Shown one piece after another: positions 52,052 through 61,495 of a DNA stretch of 64,000 nucleotides (the stretch's first letter is position 1; each line of letters begins with the position of its first letter). A program made the translations under genes and the position numbers. The notes under the pieces were generated by a model, which searched no databases, had not been told where the DNA came from, and was given only the letters and a program-made list of their open reading frames with translations. The DNA is from a virus, in IMG/VR virus record IMGVR_UViG_3300025154_000052, positions 32,001 through 96,000 of that record; one strand, written 5' to 3'.

Positions 52052-52597
52052 ATGCGAAAAGGTGACTGGTGCCAAACGTTCACGGGCCTGCAGTTCTGGC
52101 CGTTGGACCCGAGACCTGAGGAGATCTGTATCGAGGATATCGCCCATGCCTTGGCGCTCACATGCCGATTCAACGGGCACTGCCGGTGTTTCTATTCCGT
52201 CGCTCAACATTCTTACCTCGTAAGCCAGGAGTGCGGAGTTCTTGATCCTGATTGGTCCCCGATCGTGCAGTTGTGGGGACTCCTGCACGATGCGGCTGAG
52301 GCATACATTGGTGATATGGTGCGTCCTTTGAAACGGGACATGCCCGCCTTTAAGGACGCGGAGAGAGCGATCATGCGCGCCGTCTGCACGCGATTCGATT
52401 TGCCGATGGATGAGCCAGCGATTGTAAAACACGCCGACAACATTCTTCTGGCTACCGAAGCCAGGGATCTGATGGGTGCGCCTCCGGTCCCGTGGATGCC
52501 TCTGCCCGAACCGCTGCCGTTTCACATCGCGCCCGCGTCGCCCGACATGGCTGAGCGCATGTTTCTGAGCATGTTTAAGGGACTGAGGGAGGAGTGA
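52052..52597 (+). CDS. HD-domain phosphohydrolase (YfbR-like 5'-deoxynucleotidase family)
   Basis: IEDIAHAL...CRFNGH...YSVAQH...LLHDAAEAYIGD. Confidence 0.88.
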   Translation: MRKGDWCQTFTGLQFWPLDPRPEEICIEDIAHALALTCRFNGHCRCFYSVAQHSYLVSQECGVLDPDWSPIVQLWGLLHDAAEAYIGDMVRPLKRDMPAFKDAERAIMRAVCTRFDLPMDEPAIVKHADNILLATEARDLMGAPPVPWMPLPEPLPFHIAPASPDMAERMFLSMFKGLREE

Positions 52598-52598
52598 G

Positions 52599-52850
52599 AT
52601 GCCTGACGGTCTCTACCGCTGCGTCATCTACTACGCCGTAGCGGCGTTTGTGGTCGAAGGTGGCACCGTGACCCGGTGCGCGCCGATCCTGCGGCGATGG
52701 ACAAGAACGGCTCCAACGTGGTCCGAGCGACGAGGCGGGAGATCCGGGAGACACGGGAGCAGATCCGCTCAGCGATTCTGCGGGCGGGAGGTGTGCGTGG
52801 ATTCTGTGGGAGGTAAGCGTGAGAAACCGACGTTCGTCCGCTCAACCTGA
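52599..52850 (+). CDS. Hypothetical protein
   Basis: GAGGAG RBS. Confidence 0.4.
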   Translation: MPDGLYRCVIYYAVAAFVVEGGTVTRCAPILRRWTRTAPTWSERRGGRSGRHGSRSAQRFCGREVCVDSVGGKREKPTFVRST

Positions 52851-53280
52851 TCCCGATCTTCCACCGGTGGACCCCGTGCTCGAGTCGGTATTGCCCTGGG
52901 GATGGACACGGATCGAGCCAGAGGGGGGAGGCCCCGCATTCTGGATCGGGTTCGAGCCGCAGACAGGGGATGTCTGGTATGTGGACCCTGGTACCCGTGG
53001 ACAGCGTGAGGGATGGTGGATGGTACACGGCGCGGCAGGAGGGATCTCGTATACGTGGGGACGATCACCTGTGCAAGCGCTTCAGAGGGGGAAACGGCGG
53101 ATCGAGGTAGAAGCCCGGCAAGAGGCAGTGAGGGCGGAGCGGAATAAGCGGGCATGGCGTATCGGAGGAAGAGATCCGCTTGTGTCGACCTGGTGGCAAG
53201 CGCGATATGGTAGTAGGAAGCGCATGTACCGAGAGAGGGCGGCTATATGGCGCAAACTCCCTCGACGGAGGCTCCCGTGA
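52819..53280 (+). CDS. Trp/Arg-rich hypothetical protein
   Basis: GGAGG RBS. Confidence 0.55.
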   Translation: MRNRRSSAQPDPDLPPVDPVLESVLPWGWTRIEPEGGGPAFWIGFEPQTGDVWYVDPGTRGQREGWWMVHGAAGGISYTWGRSPVQALQRGKRRIEVEARQEAVRAERNKRAWRIGGRDPLVSTWWQARYGSRKRMYRERAAIWRKLPRRRLP

Positions 53281-53480
53281 CAACAGTCGCATTCTGGCTG
53301 TTCAACCTGCTCGCGCTCGTCTGGTCGCGGGACCACCGGGCATGGCTCGCGGTACCTGCGGGCACCCTGTCGCTCTTCGCGTGGGCGGCGGTAGTAATGG
53401 GTAGCCTCGAGCCGGTGCTATTTGCGGTAATGATGATCGGGATCGGGGCGATAATAGCGACAATGGGAGGTGAACGATGA
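53277..53480 (+). CDS. Small membrane protein
   Basis: Two to three hydrophobic segments; GTGA overlap. Confidence 0.55.
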   Translation: MTTVAFWLFNLLALVWSRDHRAWLAVPAGTLSLFAWAAVVMGSLEPVLFAVMMIGIGAIIATMGGER

Positions 53481-53677
53481 GTAGGCACCTTTGGACCGAC
53501 GTGGACGGCGACGAGGGGTATGTTGAGATCATCGGCAGGTCGATCTGGCTGTGGCTTGCGAACGAGGAGGATGACGCTGAGGCATTCCACCGACTGACCC
53601 CCAAGACTGCCCGACAGGTGGCGCGGTATCTGATCGAGGCTGCGAGTTCGATCGATGGAAAGGGCGGAGATGAGTGA
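53477..53677 (+). CDS. Hypothetical protein
   Basis: GGAGGT RBS. Confidence 0.6.
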   Translation: MSRHLWTDVDGDEGYVEIIGRSIWLWLANEEDDAEAFHRLTPKTARQVARYLIEAASSIDGKGGDE

Positions 53678-54068
53678 CGATACCTTGATCAACCGGCTGC
53701 GATGTCGGTATCCTATTGGACCCATCGGAGCCGACAGCGAGCCGGAGCAGCGGGCGGCAGCGATGACACTGGGGGGGGAGGCACGGGTGAAAGTCCTGTT
53801 GATCGGTGACAGTGACAGCGCCCGCGTGCAAGCGCTGATCGACGCAGCAAGGCAGCACGGCATCGACCTCACCGTCGAGACCGCGATCAGCGGTGTACCT
53901 CCGCGTATCCCCGGCGAACCGCGACACACCGAAGCAGCCAAGGAATCGCTCCGCGACGTGGCAATGATACTCAGTCGGCAGCCGGTGGAAGCCGTCGAGC
54001 TGATCAAGCAGGTGCCGCACTGGCAGGAGATCGGTGCTCGGAAGCGCCGGAAGTCGTGGCGAAGGTGA
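53670..54068 (+). CDS. Hypothetical protein
   Basis: Operon fit. Confidence 0.5.
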   Translation: MSDDTLINRLRCRYPIGPIGADSEPEQRAAAMTLGGEARVKVLLIGDSDSARVQALIDAARQHGIDLTVETAISGVPPRIPGEPRHTEAAKESLRDVAMILSRQPVEAVELIKQVPHWQEIGARKRRKSWRR

Positions 54069-54250
54069 AGCCAAGTATCCTGCTACCGCTGGCTTTCCTG
54101 GGGTTGGGCGACGTGTGGGCACGGTCTGATCAGCAGTCGACGCATCGACCGTCACAACCGTCATCTGCTCAGGTGATCGCGCGGAAAAAGCGCAAGAAGC
54201 GCAAGAAGCGCCGCGACCATGTGCGACGCAATCAAGGAAAGAAGCGATGA
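54056..54250 (+). CDS. Small basic protein
   Basis: Lys/Arg-rich C-terminus. Confidence 0.4.
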   Translation: MAKVKPSILLPLAFLGLGDVWARSDQQSTHRPSQPSSAQVIARKKRKKRKKRRDHVRRNQGKKR

Positions 54251-54349
54251 CTGAACTTCTCATCCCCATCGCTCTGATGGTCGGGCTTCCTCTCGCAGCC
54301 GCACTGGTAGGCGAGATCATTCACCGGATCGCCACACGGAAGAGTAAGC

Positions 54350-55636
54350 ATGAATCTGAATGAGCAGCAGCAAGCAGCGCTCGAGCAGATGGGAACGTTC
54401 CTGAAGGGGAAGGAGCGTCACTTCCTGCTGGAAGGATTCGCCGGCACAGGGAAGACGTTCTCCGTCCAGCAATTCCTGCTGTCTGCCAGGGTGAAAAAAC
54501 TCGCCATAGCTGCACCCACCAACAAGGCGGTGAAGGTAATCCGCGACTTCGGCAAGACGACGGGACTGGATGGTGCTCACTACGCGACGGTTCACCGGCT
54601 ACTGGGCCTGAAGGCACAGGTGGACCCTGACACCGGGAAACAGGTGTTTGTACCCGATCCATGGAACAAGACCACGCTCGAGAACTTCGACCTCGTTGTC
54701 ATCGACGAGGCGTCGATGGTCGGGAAGCCGCTGTACGATCTCGTCTGCCGGTACATGGGCAAGAAGACGAAGATCGTCTGGATGGGTGACCCGGCGCAAC
54801 TTCCGCCAGTTGGGGAGAAACACTCGCCTGTGTTCTCGACGTCCAACAGAGTACTTCTGACTCAGATCATGCGACATGGTGGTTCCATCCAGGGTGCGGT
54901 GAACCTCGTTCGTGACCGCATCGGGAAGGGTGTGTTACCGGAGTTCCTGTCCTGCAACGACGGGAATGAGGGCGTCTGGTCTATCTCGAAGCGACAATGG
55001 CTTCAGCGGCTGGAAACCGACTTCACGAGCCAATCGTTCAAGGCTGACAGCGACTTCGTGCGAGCTGTTGCATGGACGAATCGGGTAGTGGACTGGGGCA
55101 ACAACCGCATCCACCGTGCCATCTACGGCGACGATGCTAAGCCGTTCATGCCGGGACAACGAGTCGTCGCTCGAGACCCGGTCGTGGACGGTGAAGAGAT
55201 CCTGATGACCACGTCCGAAGAGGCGACGGTCATCACCGCAGAACCGACTACGGCGAAGGGACTGGCCGCCTGGGAACTCAAACTGGAGATCGAGACGGGC
55301 ACCGGCTCATCCATCATCTACGTTCATGCACTGGACCCATCCGCTGAGATGTCGTTCCAGAACGAACTCGAGCGACTCAGAGCGCGGGCACTGTCCGCTA
55401 CCCCGCGTGACAAGTCCAGTGCATGGAGGGCCTATTACGCCTACCTGCAATACTTCGCCCCGCTGGGCCCAATCTATTGGAGCACGGTACATAAGGCCCA
55501 GGGGAGTACCTTTACCCGGTGCTATGTCGCGTTGGGAGACGTGAAGCGTAACCCGAACCGACTCGAGCGAGACCGGTGCATCTACACGGCATACACCAGA
55601 GCGGCGAAGCAGTTGGTGATCCCGAGTGGAAGTTGA
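54350..55636 (+). CDS. Dda/RecD-like SF1B DNA helicase
   Basis: LEGFAGTGKT, APTNKA, VVIDEASM, MGDPAQLPPV, QIMRH, STVHKAQGSTF, YTAYTRA. Confidence 0.92.
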   Translation: MNLNEQQQAALEQMGTFLKGKERHFLLEGFAGTGKTFSVQQFLLSARVKKLAIAAPTNKAVKVIRDFGKTTGLDGAHYATVHRLLGLKAQVDPDTGKQVFVPDPWNKTTLENFDLVVIDEASMVGKPLYDLVCRYMGKKTKIVWMGDPAQLPPVGEKHSPVFSTSNRVLLTQIMRHGGSIQGAVNLVRDRIGKGVLPEFLSCNDGNEGVWSISKRQWLQRLETDFTSQSFKADSDFVRAVAWTNRVVDWGNNRIHRAIYGDDAKPFMPGQRVVARDPVVDGEEILMTTSEEATVITAEPTTAKGLAAWELKLEIETGTGSSIIYVHALDPSAEMSFQNELERLRARALSATPRDKSSAWRAYYAYLQYFAPLGPIYWSTVHKAQGSTFTRCYVALGDVKRNPNRLERDRCIYTAYTRAAKQLVIPSGS

Positions 55637-55663
55637 AGTGAAGCAACCAGAACAGGAGCAGTC

Positions 55664-56377
55664 ATGCAAGCACAACTGATAGCAGATGAAGCAACAATGG
55701 ATTGCCAGCGGGCATTCGTGCAGTTGGTACAGGTGGTTCAGCAGCAGACCGGTGAGCCGATGCGCTTTTCCGTCGAGCGATTGGCCAGACTTTCGCTTGA
55801 CAACGAACAGATCAACGAAGCGTTCTTGGTGCTCCGGCACTTCATGTACGTGAAAGGATGGACCGCCCAGGGGTTCTCCCAACGGTTCAAGAACGGTATC
55901 ACCTTGGATGGCGTATCTGTCGCGCTCGTTCCTTACGCAGCCGACAGGGATAAGCGGTGGCGCGTCGTCGACACCGTCCCCGAAGTGACACGGTGTCCCG
56001 ATGAGAAGCAGGATGTTCGTCACCTGCTCGATCGCATTGAGCAGGTGACGAACCAGTACGGGCGGGATGGCGCGGACATTGTCGAGTGGCTGAAGTTTGC
56101 ACTGGACGATCGGCTCGACTTCAGAGCGTCAGTTGGTGTCCTGGAAAACGAATTGCAGAGCCTGTGGACAAGGGCGCAAGACCTCGGTCTGCCCGTCGAA
56201 AGTGATGCCGGGAAGGTCGTGGACCAGATCATCAGTGAGATCGGCAGACTGCAGAAGAGCGCCGGCGTCGTCCGGAAGATCCGCAACCTCGTTCTGGACG
56301 TCGAAAGCGACGAACGGCCGCGAAGTCTCGCCACGGATGTGATCTCCGACATGTCAGACTCAGAGTGCCGTGTCTGA
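55664..56377 (+). CDS. Hypothetical protein
   Basis: AGGAG RBS. Confidence 0.65.
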   Translation: MQAQLIADEATMDCQRAFVQLVQVVQQQTGEPMRFSVERLARLSLDNEQINEAFLVLRHFMYVKGWTAQGFSQRFKNGITLDGVSVALVPYAADRDKRWRVVDTVPEVTRCPDEKQDVRHLLDRIEQVTNQYGRDGADIVEWLKFALDDRLDFRASVGVLENELQSLWTRAQDLGLPVESDAGKVVDQIISEIGRLQKSAGVVRKIRNLVLDVESDERPRSLATDVISDMSDSECRV

Positions 56378-56387
56378 TCTTTCCTCC

Positions 56388-56416
56388 TTGACCCGTTGCT
56401 TTCGCCTCGGTACAAT
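56388..56416 (+). promoter_or_regulatory. Sigma70-type promoter for the candidate sRNA
   Basis: TTGACC-N17-TACAAT. Confidence 0.7.
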
Positions 56417-56423
56417 CTCACCC

Positions 56424-56522
56424 AGCGACACCAGAGTTGAACCGGGAGCCCTGAACCGGGGTCCCCTCCAAAGTTAACTGGTGAAGCTATGCCCTTGGGT
56501 CGCGAGGCTCAGGGGCTTTTTT
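56424..56522 (+). ncRNA. Candidate ~99-nt small RNA
   Basis: Promoter, long 5' stem-loop (CACCAG/CTGGTG, inner GGG..GCCCT/GGGGTCCC), then a terminator; no ORF. Confidence 0.55.
56491..56522 (+). terminator. Intrinsic terminator
   Basis: GCCCTTGGGTC-GCGA-GGCTCAGGGGC (11 bp with G-U pairs, GNRA loop) followed by T6. Confidence 0.8.
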
Positions 56523-56541
56523 GTTTACACCCCACGGAAAC

Positions 56542-56583
56542 ATTAAAATGAGGATTGACTGATTCTCTAGCGTCGGCTATGAT
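56542..56583 (+). promoter_or_regulatory. Sigma70-type promoter with ATTAAAAT element
   Basis: ATTAAAAT-N5-TTGACT-N17-TATGAT. Confidence 0.7.
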
Positions 56584-56617
56584 CTCAGGTAGCTGTATAA
56601 CACAGGGAGGACATAGC

Positions 56618-56914
56618 ATGCGTAAGAATTTCGTTCCCTCAGATTGCATTCACTACGAAGAGCCGGGGCAGATCGAGCGGTTGACCTACCGCGAAATCGA
56701 CAACAGACGCCTATATCTGGAGCATCCCGCACGGATGACCCGGGCCGATATGCTGGCGGGCAAAGCCGCTGACTGGACCGATGAGCGGGTGGATGCATAC
56801 GCCGCCCAGTTCACCCTACCGGCGCCTTTCCGCATGCACTGCACGGTCCAGGGCCCGGCGAGCGCTGCGCCCAATGCCCCTATGATCGTCATCTGCGACA
56901 TCCGGAGAAACTAA
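56618..56914 (+). CDS. Hypothetical protein
   Basis: GGAGG RBS. Confidence 0.65.
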   Translation: MRKNFVPSDCIHYEEPGQIERLTYREIDNRRLYLEHPARMTRADMLAGKAADWTDERVDAYAAQFTLPAPFRMHCTVQGPASAAPNAPMIVICDIRRN

Positions 56915-56916
56915 CC

Positions 56917-58107
56917 ATGCCACGGGTGGAGGGCTACTGTCATCGGTGCGGAACGTGGCTTCGTATGGAGAAGGTTCCCGACCGTCGCACTGCCGACTGG
57001 CGATCTGCGAACCGCACCTTCACCTGTGATCCGTGCAAGGAGTTCATCAGACGAGAGCGTACGCGGATGGCAGCCAAAATCAATGCCGCTCGAGGCCGCC
57101 CTCCACTGGTAGGAAGCCAGTCCCAAATTGACTGGGCCGAGACAATCCGGCTCGAGGTTCTTCAGAAGGTGGAGGACGCCATCAATCGCATCTACATGGT
57201 GGACCCGGTGGCGAGTGCAGCAGACATATTCATGTGCCGCTCGCTTGGTGTGCAGGCGTGGGATCGGCTGCTGGTCGCCATCGAGGCGCTCGAGCAGCAG
57301 GACGATGCTCACTGGTGGATCGACAACCGAGAGTCCTTTCATGTCGGCATCATCGGTGAGATGGCTCGAGCCGTCCTGTCACCTGAGCAGGTGGAAGCCA
57401 AGGAGGCTCAAGAGGCGAACACCCAGGCCGCTATTGAGGATAGTACAATCGGTCCACCGATCGGTATCGCGCTTCAGTCTCCACTCCCCGTGGAGATTCG
57501 TGTTGGTTCGTCGATGGTGACCGCCCTTCTGCCTGACCGCCACGAGTCGTTCCGTGTACTGGTTCGGTCGCTCGGATACCGATGGAATCCAGACGTTCGT
57601 GTCTGGCAACGTCTAATCGATGATCGCAATGGTCCAAGCGATGACCGGGCCGTTGAACTTGCACATAGATTGCTGACGGCAGGCTTTCGGGTTTGTATCC
57701 ACGACTCGGTTCTGCGCCGACGAGTTGCCGCTGCCGAATTTATGCCTGAGCATACTCGGTGGATCATGCGCCGGGGCGAGGGCAAATATACCGGGTGGTT
57801 CGCCATCCAGTGGGCGCGTGGGGAGGATTACTACCAGCGCGCCAAGCGGCTGCCAGGCTCGAGATATGACAAGCCCTACGTTGTTGTGCCTTCGTCGGCT
57901 TACGAGTCGGTGGCAGATTTCGCGGAGTTGTATGACTTCAGATTCTCGGCTGTTGCCAATCAACTCCTTGAGCAGGCCGAGAAGGCGGTCCAGGCTACTC
58001 GCCTAGAGAAACTGGCCAAACGACTCGAGAAGCCAAAGCCGAAGGACGGGCTGAGAGAGATCCTGTCCACAACATCCGGAATCCCAGCCGAGTTACTTGA
58101 TGACTAA
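56917..58107 (+). CDS. Hypothetical helicase-partner protein
   Basis: L.GSQSQI.WA..IR motif; coupled to the downstream SNF2 gene. Confidence 0.7.
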   Translation: MPRVEGYCHRCGTWLRMEKVPDRRTADWRSANRTFTCDPCKEFIRRERTRMAAKINAARGRPPLVGSQSQIDWAETIRLEVLQKVEDAINRIYMVDPVASAADIFMCRSLGVQAWDRLLVAIEALEQQDDAHWWIDNRESFHVGIIGEMARAVLSPEQVEAKEAQEANTQAAIEDSTIGPPIGIALQSPLPVEIRVGSSMVTALLPDRHESFRVLVRSLGYRWNPDVRVWQRLIDDRNGPSDDRAVELAHRLLTAGFRVCIHDSVLRRRVAAAEFMPEHTRWIMRRGEGKYTGWFAIQWARGEDYYQRAKRLPGSRYDKPYVVVPSSAYESVADFAELYDFRFSAVANQLLEQAEKAVQATRLEKLAKRLEKPKPKDGLREILSTTSGIPAELLDD

Positions 58108-59533
58108 GACTGATCTCCTACCATTTCAGATTCCTGCCGTGGAAAAGCTTCAGCCGTTGCGTGTTGGGGCGCTCTTTATGGACATGGGGCTTGGCAAGAG
58201 CAGGGCCGCCATCGAACTCGTTGCGCGGCGGCAAGAGAAGATCAGTCGAGTCGTCTGGTTCTGTCCAGTCAGTCTGAAGGAGACGATTGAGTTTGAGATC
58301 CACAAGCATGTGGACACGGAGTCGCACCCGGTTTACGTCTTCGACGACAAGACACATCAGGGCGCAATCCCACGAGCGTTCTGGTACGTGATCGGGCTCG
58401 AGTCGATGGGTTCCAGCAGTCGAGTTATCCTGGCCGCTCGAGATCTGATGGACGAGAGCACATGTGTCATCGTGGACGAGTCGGACTTCATCAAGGGCCA
58501 CCGTTCGCAGCGGACCTGGTGGGTCACTGAGATCAGCAAAAACACTCGATATCGCCTCATCCTGAGTGGCACATCGGTTACCCAGGGTATCGTGGACCTT
58601 TACGCCCAGTTTCGCTTCCTATCCCCTCTCATCCTCGGGTATCGGTCATTCTACAGCTTTGCCGCGAATCATCTTGAGTACAGTGAGAAGTACCCGGGTT
58701 TGATCGTTCGGTCGCTCAACACCGGATACATCGCGGCGAAGATTGCGCCGTTCACCTATCAGGTGACGAAGGACGAATGTCTGACCTTGCCCAAGAAATT
58801 GTACGAGACGAGATATTTCGGAATGACACCACAACAGGAGATGACGTATCAGCAGGCGAAGTATGAACTCCTGATGGACGTGGACCCGGACGAGATGAAC
58901 TCGTGGGTCATCTTCCGGCTGTTCACGGCGCTCCAGCAGATCGTCTGTGGCTTCTGGAATCGACGGCCACCGCGAGAGAACCGGCGCGACCGTCCCGAAA
59001 TGGAGCACATCGATCTGCCACACTATCGTCTGGAGGTGCTTCAGGACGTGCTGGCGCGGATTCCAGGCGATGAGAAGGTGATCATCTGGGCCAAGTTCGA
59101 CTACGACGTACAGGGGATTATGGGCGCCTTAAACGCTCACTACGGAGCAAGCCAGGTCTCTCTGTTCTGCGGTAAGAACGCGGCGACACGAGATGAAGAA
59201 CTCGAGCGCTTCCGTGGTCCTGCCCGGTTCCTCGTTGCTACCCCGTCCAGTGGCGGGCGCGGTCTTACAGTCAACGATGCCCGATTCATGGTGTTCTACA
59301 ACAACGGGTTCAAATACAGCGAGAGGAAGCAAGCCGCTGATCGCAACTACCGGATCGGGCAGGATATGCCGGTCACGATTATCGACATCATCTGCAACGC
59401 TGGCATTGATCTCCGAATCATGGATGCACTGGCCACCAAACAAGGTGTGGTCCAGTCATTCCGACGTGAGGTCAAGAAACTTCGCGAGATGAAGGACGAA
59501 AAAAAATTCGCTGAGTTGGTCGCTTCGGTGTGA
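58100..59533 (+). CDS. SNF2-family helicase
   Basis: LFMDMGLGKS, IVDES, LSGT, QAADRNYRIGQ. Confidence 0.9.
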   Translation: MTKTDLLPFQIPAVEKLQPLRVGALFMDMGLGKSRAAIELVARRQEKISRVVWFCPVSLKETIEFEIHKHVDTESHPVYVFDDKTHQGAIPRAFWYVIGLESMGSSSRVILAARDLMDESTCVIVDESDFIKGHRSQRTWWVTEISKNTRYRLILSGTSVTQGIVDLYAQFRFLSPLILGYRSFYSFAANHLEYSEKYPGLIVRSLNTGYIAAKIAPFTYQVTKDECLTLPKKLYETRYFGMTPQQEMTYQQAKYELLMDVDPDEMNSWVIFRLFTALQQIVCGFWNRRPPRENRRDRPEMEHIDLPHYRLEVLQDVLARIPGDEKVIIWAKFDYDVQGIMGALNAHYGASQVSLFCGKNAATRDEELERFRGPARFLVATPSSGGRGLTVNDARFMVFYNNGFKYSERKQAADRNYRIGQDMPVTIIDIICNAGIDLRIMDALATKQGVVQSFRREVKKLREMKDEKKFAELVASV

Positions 59534-59540
59534 TTTCCTG

Positions 59541-59569
59541 TTGACGCCGAATATACGTAAGCGTATATT
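59541..59569 (+). promoter_or_regulatory. Promoter with a palindromic operator over the -10 box
   Basis: TTGACG-N17-TATATT; AATATACG-TAAG-CGTATATT at 59550-59569. Confidence 0.75.
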
Positions 59570-59601
59570 TAAGCCATACCACATCACATCGGAGATACAT
59601 C

Positions 59602-60018
59602 ATGGCCACCCAGATTAAGATTGAGCGCTTCGAAGGTCGGTCCCCTCGGTTCTGGTCCTTGATGGGACCGGTCTTTGCAGGTCGTGCGTACCGGAAGGAG
59701 TTCCCCCATCTGCACGACGATGAGGGCTATATCTGGTTCCTCGGTCTGGATGGTGACAAGGTGGCCGGTGGAGGCGCCTGTCACATAGTCGGCACGACCG
59801 GTCACCTTCACGGGATCTTCGTCATGCAGCCGTATGCCGGTGCCGGGCTGTATAGTCGACTGGTGAGCGAGCGGATCGATTTCATGCGCTCCAAGGGCGT
59901 CAAGGTAATCCGGATCAAGGCGTTCGCCTCGAGTGTTCCGGTGCTCGAGGCGCTGGGGTTCAAGGCCACAGGGAAGTTTGGGACGGTGGTCCCGATGGAA
60001 CTCAAACTGGAGGAATGA
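59602..60018 (+). CDS. GNAT acetyltransferase
   Basis: FVMQPYAGAGLYSRL...SVPVLEALGF. Confidence 0.75.
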   Translation: MATQIKIERFEGRSPRFWSLMGPVFAGRAYRKEFPHLHDDEGYIWFLGLDGDKVAGGGACHIVGTTGHLHGIFVMQPYAGAGLYSRLVSERIDFMRSKGVKVIRIKAFASSVPVLEALGFKATGKFGTVVPMELKLEE

Positions 60019-60183
60019 ATGATGTTGTCACAGGAACAGCATGCGGCCAGGTTCGCCTATGTCGCGAAGTATCCTCACCTTAATTCTATCCGCGACTGGA
60101 GGACATTCTGTCTCAATGCCAGCAGGTTGAGTTGCGCGGGTATCCCGGTTCGTCACTTGTTGGTGATTACGAGAGACTAGGCC

Positions 60184-60384
60184 ATGACGGTTCAAGAAGT
60201 TGCGGCACGACTCGGGACGTCGATCCGAGTCGTGCAGGACATGTGTAAACGCGGCGTGCTCGGTGCCGTTCCCCCTCGGGACTGGGATGTGTGCCCCTTG
60301 TGCCTCGAAGAGTATGTGCTGAGACCTCGGGGCAAGGGACGCCGGCAGCCGAAACAGGTATGCAGTCACAGGAAGGAAACGTGA
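60184..60384 (+). CDS. Excisionase-like HTH protein
   Basis: MTVQEVAARLGTS...VQDMCKRGVL.A. Confidence 0.7.
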   Translation: MTVQEVAARLGTSIRVVQDMCKRGVLGAVPPRDWDVCPLCLEEYVLRPRGKGRRQPKQVCSHRKET

Positions 60385-60551
60385 TGAGAGAAAAAGGAGC
60401 ATGGTACATCGAGACGTCGTCGGGGAGCATATATTACTACCACGTCAAGTTTGACGTGGCCGAACGGATGGCTCGTAAGATCGAGCGTGAGAGGGGTCTA
60501 CCTGAGTTCTCCCTGATGGTCCGGTGGTACGATGACTGGCAGAGGTGAGGT

Positions 60552-60845
60552 ATGCGTTTTCTTGTTGTACGCGCAGTGGCCCTTCTGCCGGATAATCTTC
60601 GGTTGGAGATTGAGGAGACCATCGAAGCGATTGGTTTCCATGGGATCGTCGAGCAGGTTGACGGGGTCGACTTCGATTACTCGACCATCCCAGGATTGGG
60701 CGATGGGTGCGTCATTCCGATTCCCGGCTTTCCGTTTGCGGATGCCGAGAACACTGAAGAGGCGATCACAGAGTACCGGCAGGGGCATAATGCCGGCGTG
60801 TTTGAGACCAGAGAGATGGCTGAGCGATTTACGAGGGATGAGTGA
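60552..60845 (+). CDS. Acidic hypothetical protein
   Basis: GAGGT RBS. Confidence 0.6.
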   Translation: MRFLVVRAVALLPDNLRLEIEETIEAIGFHGIVEQVDGVDFDYSTIPGLGDGCVIPIPGFPFADAENTEEAITEYRQGHNAGVFETREMAERFTRDE

Positions 60846-61495
60846 TGTATTACAGATGCACGTTCCGCGACTGCACGCAGATCCTGATGTGTCGGGATCT
60901 GGAGGACCCGCAGACGATAGAGGATTACCGCAGGTTGATGCCGCCTCGGGTACGACTGGTATACTCGGACCCGCCGTGGAATCCCGGAAATGCCACCTAC
61001 TGGCGCACGCATGCGCAGATGGCCCCTTGCCCGTCATACGACCGGTTTCTCGATGCATTCATCTCTGTGGTCGGGCTCGCGGTGGAGCGCGGCGCCTTTG
61101 ACCTACTCATTGAGCAGTCGATCAATGAGGCGCACAGCGATTACCTGCTACGGGCGCTCGAGCGCAATGTGGTGCTCATGCCTCTTCGTCGCAGATACGA
61201 GGTCATCTATTCGGGAAGACCGAATGCCCTGTTCCACTTCGGTATGCGTGACCTGCATACCGACCCGACCGGGATGTCGGAGGATGAGATGACTCTGCGC
61301 GCATGCGTAGGTGTATGGGCACCTGTCGGCTCGTGGGTCGTCGAACCATGCGTCGGCAAGGGCATGACAAGCCGGGCCGCTCACGCTCTCGGGTGGAATC
61401 TGATTGGCAGCGAGTTGGCCCAACACAGGCTCGATATCACGCTGAAATGGCTCGAGCGGCGTGGGTATCGTGTTGAGGAGCGGTATGATCCATGA
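60845..61495 (+). CDS. Small beta-class N4/N6 amino-methyltransferase-like protein
   Basis: YSDPPW (motif IV) precedes VVEPCVGKG (motif I) and IGSEL. Confidence 0.75.
   Translation: MYYRCTFRDCTQILMCRDLEDPQTIEDYRRLMPPRVRLVYSDPPWNPGNATYWRTHAQMAPCPSYDRFLDAFISVVGLAVERGAFDLLIEQSINEAHSDYLLRALERNVVLMPLRRRYEVIYSGRPNALFHFGMRDLHTDPTGMSEDEMTLRACVGVWAPVGSWVVEPCVGKGMTSRAAHALGWNLIGSELAQHRLDITLKWLERRGYRVEERYDP

Noticed and set aside
52052-52597. Z-genome (2-aminoadenine) pathway via a DatZ-like HD enzyme
   Set aside because: No PurZ, MazZ or dedicated polymerase in the window; this HD family is common in ordinary phages.
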